A stretch of 64,000 bases of DNA from NCBI GenBank assembly GCA_010015805.1, contig ML978121.1:1922001-1986000 (forward strand), given 5' to 3'. Each line of letters opens with the position of its first letter. Position 1 is the first letter of the stretch. Under the pieces are notes generated by a model. It was not told where the DNA came from. It saw only the letters and a list, made by a program, of their open reading frames with translations, and did no database searches. This document shows positions 47,519 through 62,950 of the stretch, one piece after another. The translations under genes were made by a program, and so were the position numbers. The stretch is from Rhizodiscina lignyota. Lineage: Eukaryota.

Positions 47519-50349
47519 TCAATCGTTCATAACTGTGTCCATGTCCTCGTCCACGCCACCAATTGTCGTCTCGCCAGAATCACCTTCCGCAGTGTCAAGA
47601 TCGAAGACCTTGTAATGTTTCAGATCATCCCCAAGGACACAGACAACGCGCCTATCTCTGCGTCCGTTGACGTTAAGATGCACAGGCCTGAAACGGCTGT
47701 CAGCGGAAAACGCGTGTATGACATGCTTCCGCGGGGGCCCTGAATTCGTCGTATCCCAAGCCACAGAGGCTTCTTCGCTAGCCTGCGGCTTTTTAATCTT
47801 GACCATTGTCGCATCGGTGTTTCTACTGGGAATCGAGGAATAAACGACGCTCTCGAAGTGCATGGCCGGGTCTGACTCGCCCGACACCCTTCCGTAGGGT
47901 AAAGAGACGAGCAGCGATTCACCTATTTCTCTCAGCTATGCAAGGATCCGCTCGACCTATAATTACTCACGTTGGGTCGCCACAAGAGCGATGAGCATCT
48001 GGTCATCCACAAATTTAATATCCCGAACATCCGAGACTCCCATCCTCATGATCGCGGCTTCTATTCGCTCAATGCATTTGGCATCCCCATCGAACACCTC
48101 CGAGTGAACAATGCGATAGAGGTGAACTGCAACGTTAGGCATGGCATGGACCAAAAACTGACTAGATGGGTACCTACCTTCGTTCGGCGATAGCGAGGGC
48201 ACCGTTGCCACGTAAGTTGTAACATGAGCAGGAAGGCCAGGAAGCTACTGCCTGTTAGTATTAGCTCACACCGGGGGTAGTCATACTCACGTTCTCAAAG
48301 ACAATGCGCGAATCTAGTATATCACTCGCATGTTCCTCAAATAGCAGCGCAATATCAAAGGCACTGCGTGACAGTTGCCACTTGACAATGCCGTCGAATA
48401 GCGCCTTACACATGCGGCCAAGAAAGCCAAAATTTGCACGCAATGAAAGCGACTTGGCTGCAAAGGGTCGACCGAGACTGAATAATGCTAGTTGCTTGGA
48501 AATATCCTCTGGCGAGACCCCGTCGTCAAATTCCGACTCAGCCGCCTCGGGGGCCGCATCAACGAACGGCTTTGCCTGGCTGCTCGAGAGCGGACCACGG
48601 ATATATGACAGGATTTGCCCATAGTCAAATCCTAATTCCTGCTCGGTTGTTTCGTCTGTAGGTGCTGCGGTTGATTCAGATGTTTGTCTGTCGATTTCGT
48701 GGCGAAGCCATTTCGAGAACGCCCCAAATTGTCTTCTTTCTCTAGTGGCACAGATGAGGAAATGATGTGACAGAATTCGTAAGCAGTGAAACGCATTCAG
48801 TGCGGCGGTGAACCTTTGGGGGGGCACATCAAAGAGGCCGGTATCTTGATGGTATGCTGCTAGGCCCCTCAAATTGCTGATCAGGATAATGCAACGGTCA
48901 ATGGCGGGAAGCAAGTTTTCATGCGTGACCTCCACCATCTTGGAATATCCCAGACTAACTGCATGATCCCAGCGTTTATGTCCACGTTCCGTGAGTTGAT
49001 CAACCAGCCACTCTTTGATGGCCGGAAGACAGTGGCCCGTAGAGGCTAGGTGGTAGAGGCTTTCAGCCAACGGCATTTCCTCTTGCTCAGCCAATGTCTC
49101 GCTGACATTGCGCATGAACTTGGTCGGCAGGTCCTGGGAATGCCTCCAGTGATAGTGCAGAGAGTCCAGTGCTGCTGAAATGTAATGCATGAGATTTTGC
49201 AATCGGGCTGTCTTGACTGATATCATATGTAGATAGATTCCTGATAAGCGCACAAAAGGTAGCTTCAATGGCAGCAATGCGAGATCTCCTTGACCGTCCT
49301 GCTTCTGTCCAGATTGATGAGCCATCTTTGCAAAGACGAGATGGCTGCACGAGAATGGACTGGATGTATGCAGGAGTGGCTCCATATTAGACACATTCCC
49401 TGGAGGATGTAGGGGCCTTAGAGGAAGCGAGCCATATAGAATCGGCAACGTGACTCCATTAGCTCGGATATCGAGGAGGATGTCGACAGTGTTTGCTTCT
49501 TTCGTAGGGTGAGGGTGCAGCATGGCATCCAGAGAAATCTGAGAAGCGAAAGCCTCCGCAATCAGATTTTCAGTTCCTTTCATACCCGTACTTGAAGGAA
49601 GCAATGGGAGTATCGGAAGTCTCGGAAGTTGGCTTTCGACGTCGAGGAGGGCTAATTGTTCTGGGAGGTTAGGGTCCACATCCAGGAGGTTTGAATCTGG
49701 CAGTCGCTTCAAGAAGTCGTCAAGAGAGAGGTCGGGTTTTTCTTTTCCTGGGCGCCCTGGAAAGATATCGCTGAAAGGCTCGCTCTCCAGGGTAGGACGT
49801 GTTCGATCCTTCGTTTCCCACCTAGCATTTGAGCGTGCATTAGGGCCATCCTTCGAAGTTGCGATCCTCGACTTCACAACTGAGAGGTCGATAAAGTTGA
49901 GACCCCAGCCCAGGCACGACACAATACTTGTTGCACCACTCGATGGCTTTGCAGACTCAGGATACGTGCCATGGAAATGCTGAGTCACTTTTCCTGTTTC
50001 AGCAGACACGACGTCAAGGCTTCCGTTCTCCCAGCCCACGGCAATGCTCTGGCCTGTTCGTCTTTCAGCATCTCTCGTAGAACGCGTTAGTATCGTATGG
50101 GGCCTCACCGTTGTATTTCCAGCATATTGAAGTGATTTTACTGCTTGTACTTGCATTTTGGAAGCCGAATGCGCGCTGACCATTGAAGCGATACACGTCG
50201 AGTTGCGCGTCCTGACACACAATAGCGACGAGATCCATAGTTGGACAACACGCGAAGAGACGTGGCTTGATCGGCGTCAGCAACGTCTTCTCCGCATGAA
50301 GAGCCAATGACGGCAAGGCGTCAGAAGTCTCCATGGTATTGGTGGACAT
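47519..50349 (-). CDS. APC4: Anaphase-promoting complex subunit 4 (Apc4/Cut20)
   Basis: CCPTMDLVA..VYRFNGQRAF, WKYN|GQSIAVGW, EWLVDQLTERGHKRWDHAV, FSKWLRHEID and VNGRRDRRVVCV. Confidence 0.9.
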
Positions 50350-50829
50350 GTAAGGAATTCAGCGGCGTTGTTTAGGGGGGTACGGCCGTGACGAGACTGC
50401 GTCCAAGGTCCACAAAACGCGTCTGCACAAGAGAAGGAAGTCGTTGCACATGACAATGAAGGGAGGAAGCGTCCGTGCGGGGGCAAATGTTTGTTGGCGA
50501 GGTGGCGAATAATTCAAATTGCAGATGGTTTACGGAGTACGGAGCATCTGGTTTTCAACAGTTTAATTGACGCACAGCGGCACGGCCCGTTCCACGCTAA
50601 TAAGATCAATTGTGCGACGAGACCCAGGGGGTCAGCAATTCGGTTATCAGCGTTGACGATATATTTAGGTAGGATATCCTTCGACCAGGTCTACACAGGC
50701 ACCACCCAGCTACGCAGACGCCACCTCATCATTTCAATCATGCTTTTAGCTAGGTACTGCCAGTAACGCCCAACTACCCTTCGAAAACAAACTTCCAATT
50801 CTCCTTAGCCACAACTCTTCCAGAGTCTC

Positions 50830-52588
50830 TTACACGATGACATAATTCTCGGCAACAGACTTCACGTCCTTGGAGAAAGATATGTCTTGGTTGAGGTTCA
50901 GCAGGGCAATGGAAGAGACCTATACATTGTCAGTTTTAAGGACTGGAAGAGAAAGGATTTTACTCACATCAACGTCGACGAAGGGTGTCGTCTTGGAAAA
51001 GCGCACAGACATGGGAAAGAATTCGCCGTCGTTCTCCGCCTGCGCTTCAAACTCGAAGGAACCAGTGGCATTCTCTTCGTCCACGGCACCAATGGTCCAA
51101 TCGATGCTATCTCCGGAGACCTCATAGACGGCGTCAAAGCTCGAGACTGCAGGTTCCATTGTCTGGTACGGTATGGTCACGGTAACATCCTTCAATGGGT
51201 CGCCGCCCGTCCACTCGTATTCTACAGTAATGTTCCAGGTATTACCGCCTGCGTCATTCACCCATACCGTGAATGTTATTGGAGGATCATCAATCTCCCC
51301 TGACTTGGCCGAAAGCTTCCACCGCATGACACCGATTGAGTTGTTGACAGGAAATCCAGCTTTTGAGGTGTCGGAGAGTTGAATGACCTTTGAGTTCTTG
51401 AACAAGTTCTTGTCAACTTTTGGATGCGATGTAAGCTGAGCACCACGACTGTTACCAACAGCTAGATTGAGCTTGACTTGCGTAAGAGACGGGTCAGATA
51501 TCCGCAACTGCAGATCTCCCTTCACCTCGAACATCTCGAGGGATCCTTCCTTGCTGAACTTAGCAGATATTGTCTCGGCGATGGTAACATGGACAGCTTC
51601 TCGCTCAAGGGTGGTAGAAGCACGCGTTGCTATCGGGCTAGCAACTGCAGGTGTGGAAACGGCGGAAGTGGGCACCAACGGCGTTGAGACTTCGGCTTCT
51701 GGGCCAAGCTCGCCGCGAACCTGCTCATACATATTTGTAGTCTTCGACTTCTTTCCCAGCTGCATGCCCTTGCCACGGACTGCCAGAGGCCTATATACCT
51801 TATCAGTAATATTCGTCAAAACGGGTAGGTCGCGGCGTACTTGGAGGATTTGTTTTTCTCAGCAGTGTAGCTGTCGTATGTGTCGGGAATGGTAGTAGTA
51901 GGAACCGGAGGGGTGTAGGTCGGATATGAGGGAGTACGAGGTACTGCGGTGCGACCACTGCGAGCCATCTCCTTCCTCTGCATCTCCAATTGTTTGGCCT
52001 TGCGTTTCCGCTCTTCGCTTGCTTCCAGCTCCTTGTTCTGTACTATTTGTCAGAGCATGCAACGTCTACACACCGAGCGGTATGGATACATACCCTTGCG
52101 ATTATCTCTTGTATCCTTTCCTCATGACTCTCCATGTCCAAGAAGGTCTTGATTTGGCTGAGGGTAAGATTCTCCCGGTATCCCAGCGTCACAAGCTCGT
52201 CGAAGGCGCCCATAAGCTCAAACGCATTGCGTAAGATCTCACGCTCGTCCAGACTCTTGCAAATACTCGAAACTACTTGCGCAAAGAGATGAAGGGAGTC
52301 GATGTCTTGTAGGATATTGGATTGTCGATTCGTGATGAGGACCATATATAGCTCGTCAAGGGGTTGATAGACATAGCGGACATTGTCCTGTTCAACAGTG
52401 GTATGTTGAGTCCCTGATGCCGCAAGCTTAGGGAAGGAAGCCAACAGCGCTTCGATTCGAGACCTCTGCATTTCTCTGAATTGCCTCGACAGGACGGCTT
52501 TCCCTCCCCGCGTGCATATTGATGCTGCCAACACCACCTATGCAATATTAGCCAGGGCCGTATGCGTTGGAAGAGGAGATCGCACCAT
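50830..52588 (-). CDS. RET2: Coatomer subunit delta
   Basis: M|VVLAASICTRGGKAVLSRQF, SNILQDI, MESHEERIQEII and C-terminal mu-homology domain; first coding exon is ATG only. Confidence 0.95.
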
Positions 52589-53131
52589 CTTTTCGGTCGC
52601 CGGTGGAAGATGTTGTTTCGGTGACTGCACGTATGCGGAAGTAAAGCTGGTGCAAAATAATTCGACTTCAATGTCCAGCAAGCTGGCCTGTACAAAGATG
52701 CGCTTGGCGGCGGATCGGTGTGTGGCCCCGGTTGATGCTCGGCATATTCGGGTGATCGTCGCTTGCACTAATGCGGCAAACTCCAAGACATGTGCTGCCT
52801 CGAACTCCTGTCTTCCCACCTCACTTCTCCTCACAACAACGCGTAACACGCTGCAAACGTGCAGATCTTCACGCCAAACTCACCACCTTTTCCTGCAGAA
52901 GATATGCTCAGCGACCTTTCGCCCTCTCCGAATACCATACCAACTGCTCAGAAGCCCAACCCTTGAACGGCCACTTACGTTCACCTTCAAATCTCTCGCG
53001 AGCACCGTACCTGTGGGTGACCACGTCACCTTATTTCAGCTTTCAAGCAACACCACATCCAATCGATCCACCAAGATCACAGCTTACGCGCCCAAAGCGC
53101 GTTTATTGCAGTGATCGTTGGGCCTTCAACG

Positions 53132-55800
53132 ATGACAACGGTGTCGCTGCCGCTTCCAAGTCTGGAAGTTACTGCAGCGGCCGATGACATGGAAATATCT
53201 TCGGAGCCGGGCCGCTTCGATGATGACATTGACATCGATTTCGATCTCACTGTGGACCGCTCTGATAATGCCGACGGCGACTATATGCTAGAAGACACGA
53301 GGTCAGAGACTGGGAAAGCTCCATCCATTCACGACCAAGAAATGAACCAAGAAAATATCATGTACGACGAACAAGAAAACTTCATAGGCAATAGCACAAT
53401 GGAAGATGATACTACCGCTCTACTTGACGAACACCTCACCGACGCGAGCTTCGAAGCTCCGGTTGACACTACCATCCAAGATGCCAAAGATGAGGATTTG
53501 ATAGATTACGACGACGACGACGACGACGACGACTTTGGCAATCCTGCCAAAGAGGAGGAGGTACACGCGAAGGAGCCAGATACTGGAACACAAGAGTTTC
53601 AAAACAAATCGACGGAGGACGCTACGCAGTCACAGTATTCCCTGTCGAATGAACAGGTAGAGACTGTTGAAGGAGTCTACGTGCGCGACTTTTCTGCTGC
53701 AGAGGAAGCTGTTCAAGACAGTGGTTATGTGGATGGCTCGGAAGCCGTGCATCATGGCGAAGGACCCGTGGACAACAATATTTCAGCAGCCGATGGGTTG
53801 AGTCATCCCACGACGCAATCTGCCGAGGAAGATCCTACTGATGATGCACAATCTAGGGTCGATCATGGCAATGCGCAAGATCTTCTGGGTGCGCACCATT
53901 CTGTGAACGATACCGATGATCCAAGTGACTCTCACAATCAAACAGACTTGCCAGTGCACGACAATCAGGACCAAGATGAACAGCAGCCCGAAGATTACCC
54001 TGATGATGAGAACGCTTATCACTCCGTTATTGTGCTTTACGAAGGTGCTGAGATCTCGCTTTTCCCTCCTCGTGAGCACGATGAATCCGAAACGTATTTT
54101 CTGGGAGATGCCTCGTTAGCGTCGCGCAGCATCGGTGATCTGTTGAATGCTTGCCGAGAAGTGCTTGGCGACACGATTTCTGAAGAACAGGAACTACAAC
54201 TCGAGATTCGCGATTTGGATCTGACCATTGGTGAAGTAAGTCTGATGTGACGTTATCCCTAATTGCTACATTGCTAATACCAGTATAGGAATCTGCTCAT
54301 GCCTTGTCCACAAGCTTCTCCGAACTTCTTGAAGTCTACTTGTCTCTCCATTCTCTTGATGGAACAGATCAGCCCCACCCGCTCTACGTGGATCTGGTGA
54401 CCAAAACGAAATTCTCAGCTCGACTGAGCTCGCTGCGTGGAGCCATTGCAGAGGGACGTGGCATGTCTCAAATCTGGAAGAACGATGAAGGCGATGGACC
54501 ATATACCGATGACCAGGCAAATCCGACTGGCGACGATGAATATCAAGAGGCAGCAGCGCAGGTAACTGACAGTCACACTGACCCACCGTCACATGTCGAT
54601 GAGAATGCAAATGGCACCGATGCCAACAGGCAGTCCCTTGAACATGCTGTAGGGAGCTCAGTAAAGCCCGAAGTCTCTCAGGCTGCCATAGTAGAGGATG
54701 ATAAAGATGGAGACCGTGTGGAGCTCCCCGTGGAAGAGCCACAACATGCATACGATGAAATAGCCGAACACAGATCACCCAATAATGGAACCGAGGGCGG
54801 ACAGACTGAGCCATTGCGGGATGGTAATGAGGCAGCATCAAACTATGATCAAAGTGTGCAGAATGCGTCCACTGGCCCTACGCATACCGGAGACCAGGAT
54901 ATCCATGGACATGCCAATGATCACCAGCTCGACGAAGACCTTTTCGACTTTGAGGATATAGATGAGAGAGAAGATAACTCAACAGGTTCCTCGACTGTTG
55001 TTGGTGATGGCTCTGCTGGACAAGAGGACGGGAAGGTTCAAGGCACTTCAACTGAGGAGAATATCGAGTCTACACATGGAGCTGAGAATTCTCTGGTGGA
55101 TGAGGGTAACCTGAACTACGACAATGGTGCGGACTTGGAATATGAAGAGGACTTCCCAGAGCACGACTCCGAGGCCCTTGTCGAACAGAATACCATTTCT
55201 GCTGAACTTGATGGGGATACTCAGGACATTGGTGCTACGGAGGGCGGAGATAATCTCTATTTGCATGGAACAGATAATGTGGCGACGGGCGATCAGATCA
55301 ACGATGCCGCTGGTATTGATCCTGATGTGATCGATTGGGAGGATGACGTCGCTGACGACAATCCACTAGACCATCAGCCCAACACAGGTGCAGCTGTTGC
55401 TCCTGAGGGTGAAGTTGATGAACAAGACGAGCTTTGGGATGATCTTCTTGAATCCGACCAGCAAGAGGTGGATCATCTAGCTAACGATGAGGCAAATGAG
55501 CCCACAATAAGTGTGCAGCCGGACTTTGCTGCATCTACAGAAACATTAGTCGCCGGTATCGACAACCATGAGCAACCGGAAACCGCTCGTGCCACTGAAC
55601 TCGACGATTTCGATGAGATCACATACGACGAAGAAGAAGAAGAGACCAGCGCCCCAGGACAAGACACGCACGACGATGAGACTCATACAGCGCCGGGCCA
55701 ACCCAACGATTCACCATCGGGCAAACGATCGTACACCGAATACCTGGAGGGAGATCTCGAGGATGGAGAACTGGATCCAAAGCATCACCGGTCTACCTAA
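53132..55800 (+). CDS. Highly acidic protein with central conserved domain (DUF2420/Rmr1-like), 2 exons
   Basis: VIVLYEGAEISLFPP..TYFL..SIGDLLNACREVL..LDLTIGE|E.. embedded in D/E-rich disorder. Confidence 0.7.
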
Positions 55801-57124
55801 GATCGCATCCCAGCGGTCACAGTTCTCCTCGTCCTCGCATTTCCGCCATTCCGTCGACGAAAATGTGCCACACCAGCTGCTATAACCCCTTCAACAAATT
55901 CACCATCTCGATTTTGCGACCCCGGATGCCCACTGCCTTTCTAACATTCCCCTTTCCCCTTTCCTCTCCTTTGCGAATGACTCCGGCCACCTCGATCAAC
56001 ACTTTTCGTACTGGTTGTTTACTAACAAGGATCTTCTCACCCTGATCAAGCGAAAACGAGCGAAGCAACTGCAGACTCGACACGGTATGTACTAACTTAT
56101 ATCCCTTCCACATTGATACCCCTTTTAGCAGCCATTTTATCGAATAGTCTTACTACACCTGGTTAGAACCGGCAAAATGTAGTCTGCATTAGCTTAGTGC
56201 TCGGAGGGGTGCATTCTGTGAGTATCATCACATTGCGCGGAGATTTAGGCGTTCTCGGAGTACGCAAGGTGGTCCTTCACACTTTCTTTGATTTTGTCTA
56301 CATCTTGCGGGATCGCTCCATGGCACTGAAGCGGAGGCTTGCTTCAAGCAAAATGCGGTGCAGACATGGACGGCCAAAGATTTCGCCAGCAGCTGTCAGG
56401 GAGTGAATTGGCTGGCGGAATGCAGGTTTAGTTCCCGCAGATAGCGTTGACTGCGGAAATCATACGTGGAGGCTGGGAGGCGATTTTCAGTGTAGTGCCG
56501 TAGAAGCAATTCAAGGGGCATCCAAGTCTCAGGAACTCCGATACGTTTCCCATCCCTTCGCTGGCAGCAAGGGCGACGCGTGCCGTTTCAAGGGGACCCG
56601 CCCCGCCCCCAGTCACTTACGTTGCCTCGCCCCCTAAAAATGGGTACTTCGTACATCGGCCTAGTCGAGCCAGCGCGGCTGATCTTCGCTAGCGCCTCTT
56701 CCGCGTAAGGTGCGTGCCGCACACCGCAACGCCTACCTCGATCCACGATCCATCTCTTCCTCCTGACAACTGCAATCGCGAAGCTCAAATCCATACTCAC
56801 GCTCAAGAATCTGCTCCCTGCGACTCGCCGAGAGAGCACAGCCTCCAACTCCGACCCATTCTACTCCCAACAATCCGGACCCACCTCTCGTGCGAAATCT
56901 TTCAGACGACGTTGCGGACTCGGCGCCACTAGAGAATTCGCGACTGAGCACGTGTACTCGTCGCGACTGGGCGATATGTTAGCTCGTTTCCCTTGCTAAC
57001 CTCCTCGATCGTCGATATCAACTTCATTGGCGATTTTGTCCGGCCTGGCGCAAAGTGGACCCCACGATACCAGGCGGCAGCAAAAGCTCGTTGAGCTCGT
57101 GGGATAGACAGCATATAAGGCAGG

Positions 57125-58908
<1,784 letters not shown>

Positions 58909-60307
58909 GTGTATTGATATGTGGCATGTATTGCATTATGTTCTTCTCGGTGGCCAACGGTGGCAGGCCACTTGTACATTTCCCCAAAGGCCATGTTACG
59001 TTGCACTGCTGTATCATTTATACCTTAGAGAAGACATTGGGATTGGGGGTGGGGAAACTGGAGTAAGGGATGGAAAACGATGCAACTGAATGGATGTCTT
59101 TTGATCATGGCCTTAAAAGCATTGGTGGCGCGTGAAGATCGTCGCGAGTCTGTATGATACTCATCACTCATCGTGCTCTAATGCTTCTCCGCCTCCTGAG
59201 ACGACCATCTCTAGTTTCTCGAAAAGTTCCCCCATGCTCTTGCGTCAGTATTCTTGCAGCAAGGCCTAGTGCGAGTGTTGAAATGGCCTGGACAAAGTCT
59301 CAAATACCACACACCACCACGGTTCTTGCCCAGACTCACGGCGTCAAACTTGCCTTCTGCTGGCAGTCCATGACGGGTCGCGGCCAAGGATTTACTCACG
59401 TCGAGCTCAAATATAACAAAACAGTTGAGATATGGTTACAATATACTGAACTAGCAGTGAGATATCCTCTACTTTCGGTATAGACTTATGCCCAAGTAAG
59501 CTGCGCATTATGTACCAATAAATACTATCCAGGATATATCGAACCACGTTTTCAGAGGCGCTCTTCTTGGCGTTGAAGAGCAAGTTCGACTTTGTTGAGG
59601 TCAATTGATGTGTCACCATCGAAGTATATATTAGCAATAGGCTCCGTATAGGAGAGGATATGTAATATTATCCATAGATTTGGGCAATGTTCAGTTCTGG
59701 AATTTTAGGCATGAACCCTTGATATGTATCCTATCGTAACTTGATTGGATGTTTCGGACAATCTTCCGCAATCATATATATATATATACATATACGATAC
59801 TGGACGATTTGCCCTAACTTCTCTGTCCGACGTATCTGCCGAATTCCATGCATCTGCCGACCTCCCCGGGCCCGTGTCTGAAATCGAGTCCCACTGGTCT
59901 CGCGTGGGCTCTGGGGTAAAAGGTGGGGCTCCCTAGTTTGGTGGGCCTCGTGAGAAAACTCCTAGTGGAGGAACAAGGTCGAGAGCTGCAAACTCCAGAG
60001 CGAGAGCGGAATTAAGTATGCAACACGAGATGAGATGGCAATTACATCGGCTAGGTTGTCTTCCCAATCCCGGGGCTTTGGGAGATTGCCACACGTTCTT
60101 CAATTTTATACTTCTCCGGCCAATTGCTTCTCGAACTACTCGCCCAAGGAGTCCATCCCCCGCCACTCGTCCGACAGTCTCCTGATACAGCCAGGACAGG
60201 CGAAATCTCAATTGATCTGAAAGCATCCGAACTGAAATCCTTCCTGATTGCAAACCTTGCAGGAGCACTAAACGCCTACATCTCCTCGAAAGGCCGGTAA
60301 GACGAGT

Positions 60308-62411
60308 ATGAGCTCCGGCGTGCAAGCTGCGGGTGCTGTGAAGGCGGATGTTGCCAATGGAGAGATCGCACTTGAGCACACCAATGGAATTAAAGATGAA
60401 GCGCCACATATCCGTAAAGATAGTGCTTATACCGTCGAATCGAGGCATATGACGATAGAAGAGCACCCAGTCGAGAACTTTAGGCGATTGAGAATAGTGG
60501 TTATCGGCGCTGGCTTCTCTGGGATATACTGCGGCATCAAGCTTCCGGAGCTGTTGCGGAACATCGATCTGACTATCTACGACAAGAACGAAGGATTAGG
60601 AGGCACGTGGTGGGAGAACAGGTGAGTGTATATGTCTTCTTCTCTCCTAGATTTGTTCTCACTTTCAATCAATTCGTTCAGAACGCCTCTGAGTCTTCGT
60701 TGCTGAGTGCTCAACAAGGTATCCAGGCTGTGCATGCGATATCCCAGCCCATTCCTATGTCTACTCGTTCGAACCGAATCCGTATTGGTCCAACTTTTAT
60801 GCTTCGGCACCGGAAATCCAGCAATATCTCGAGGGAGTTGCGAAGAAGTATTCAGTGGGGAGATTTGTAAAATGCAGCCATAAGGTAGTTGGTAGTTCTT
60901 GGGATCAGGACCGGAAGAAATGGTGAGTGTCGTTTGGAGCCATCTTTGAAATATGGTGATCTAATGCGTAGAAGGTCGGTAAAGGTTGAGAATCTAAAGA
61001 CAGGTGAAACATTTGACGACGAAGCGGACGTGGTGATCCAAGCTCGCGGTCTGCTAAACGATTATCGTTGGCCCGACATCGAAGGCCTGCAGTCATTTGA
61101 AGGGAAATTGGTGCATTCTGCTAACTGGGACACAAGGTCAGTACGCGCCACCCTGGGAGCGATAGAAGTGCTGAACTGATACAGCTACGATTATTCGAAC
61201 AAACGTGTCGGCGTCATCGGAGCTGGAAGCTCTGCCATTCAGATTGTCCCAAGCCTCCAGAGGCTTGAGGGAATGAAATTAAATTGCTTCATTCGCTCAA
61301 AGACTTGGATCGCACGACCGTTTGGCGAAGCCGCAATGGAAAAACTTCATTTCCACCACGAGAACTGTAAGTCTTGTATGAATTCCGATGACGCTCAAAC
61401 TGACGACATCAAGTCACACCTGAAGAGAAGGAGGCTTTTCTTGCGGATCCCAAAGGATACCACCACTTTCGAAAGACGATTGAGACAGAAGGAAACGCAG
61501 TTCACATTGCAACCATCAAGGATTCGGATTTCTCCAAGATGGCGAGAGAACTTTTCACAGAAGACATGAGATCCAAGCTGAAAAAGAAGCCAGAAATTGC
61601 GGAGAAAGTTTTGCCAGACTTTTCCGTTGGCTGCAAGCGTCTCACTCCAGGACCCGGATTCCTTGAAGCTCTTGCAGAAGACAACGTAGATTTCATTTCT
61701 ACGCCAATTCGCCGAATAGTTCCTCAAGGAATAGAGCTAGAGGATGGCACGATTGTTGAACTAGATGCGCTTGTCTGCGCAACGGGATTCAAGGCCGGTC
61801 GGGCGCCTCCATTCCAAGTGACAGGGGTCAACGGAGTCACACTCCAGCAGAGGTTCGATCCATATCCCGAGGCCTACATGAGCGTCGCGGTTGACGGATT
61901 TCCCAACTGGTGGTTAATGATGGGTCCCAATTCTGGCGTCGGTTCCGGGAGCCTAACAAAGATCATCGAGTCTGTTGGGGACTATATCGTGAAATGCATT
62001 CGAAAGCTTCAGAAGGAGAATATCCGGTCCATGCACATCAAAGAGAGCAGGGTGAGAGACTTTAATGCGTATGCTGAGTCATATTTCCGACGTACTGTCT
62101 ATTTGGACAATTGTAAAAGCTGGTATCGGATCGGAGATCGTATCTTCGCATTATGGCCGGGCAGCACACTCCATGCTATCGAGACGTTTCGCAGTCCTCG
62201 CTGGGAAGATTACGAGTACGAATACGATGCGCAGGACGAGAATCCTATCACGGCGAATCGACTTAGCTGGTTGGGTAATGGATGGTCGTCAATTCAACTT
62301 GAGGAAGACGGAGACATGAGCTACTACATCGAGCCCGAGTTTGTTGACTTCCCAAGCGCGCCGTTGCCAGAGGACACCCCGAGGTGGAAGAAGGTTGCGT
62401 TTACTTATTGA
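60308..62411 (+). CDS. Baeyer-Villiger-type flavin monooxygenase, multi-exon
   Basis: VIGAGFSG, GGTWWENR|YPGCACD, fingerprint FEGKLVHSANWD, second GAGSS, GCKRLTPG and CATGF. Confidence 0.92.
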
Positions 62412-62684
62412 ACTTTCTGCGTTCCCGCATCTAGTCATTTCGTTGTTCATACGATAGCGGTGATTGTGTATGTGGCGGTCGAGAAGAAATAATGACATTA
62501 TACAACTCCGAAGAAGTAACAGACAAAGTACTCTAGGTAATCGAGACGACGCCGTGACTTGTTCGCCCTATAACTTAAGAATGGATATAGTTATATGTGT
62601 TGCACCAGAGACCTGCAAGGACGGCCCATACACATATCCGATGCATTTTCAAGTGAAGTCAGAGCTGCAGAAAGACAGTTGTAA

Positions 62685-62762
62685 AGTGAATGTGAAGTGA
62701 AGTGAGTGTAGAGTGAAGTGAATATAGAGTGAAGTGAATATGAAGTGAAGTGAATAGAGTGA
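62685..62762. repeat. Degenerate (GAAGT/GAGT) pentamer tract
   Basis: Repeated AGTGAAGTGAAT units. Confidence 0.8.
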
Positions 62763-62950
62763 CATGGGCATGGCACGTCGACGCGTCCGAAGTCGCGATT
62801 CCCGAAGAAAGCCCGCACTACTCTTGCACACTGTTGAGCTTTAACATCATACACAATACACGTTTCTCCCCACAAACAAACAACAGAATTCCTCCGTTCT
62901 GCCCAGCAAGATCATCATGGCGTGAGGTGCTCGCAATTGCTCGTCCCAAA

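Noticed and set aside
59154..59800. Short ORFs and (TA)n between the NIPA and BVMO genes
   Set aside because: No recognisable protein features; ordinary AT-rich intergenic DNA.
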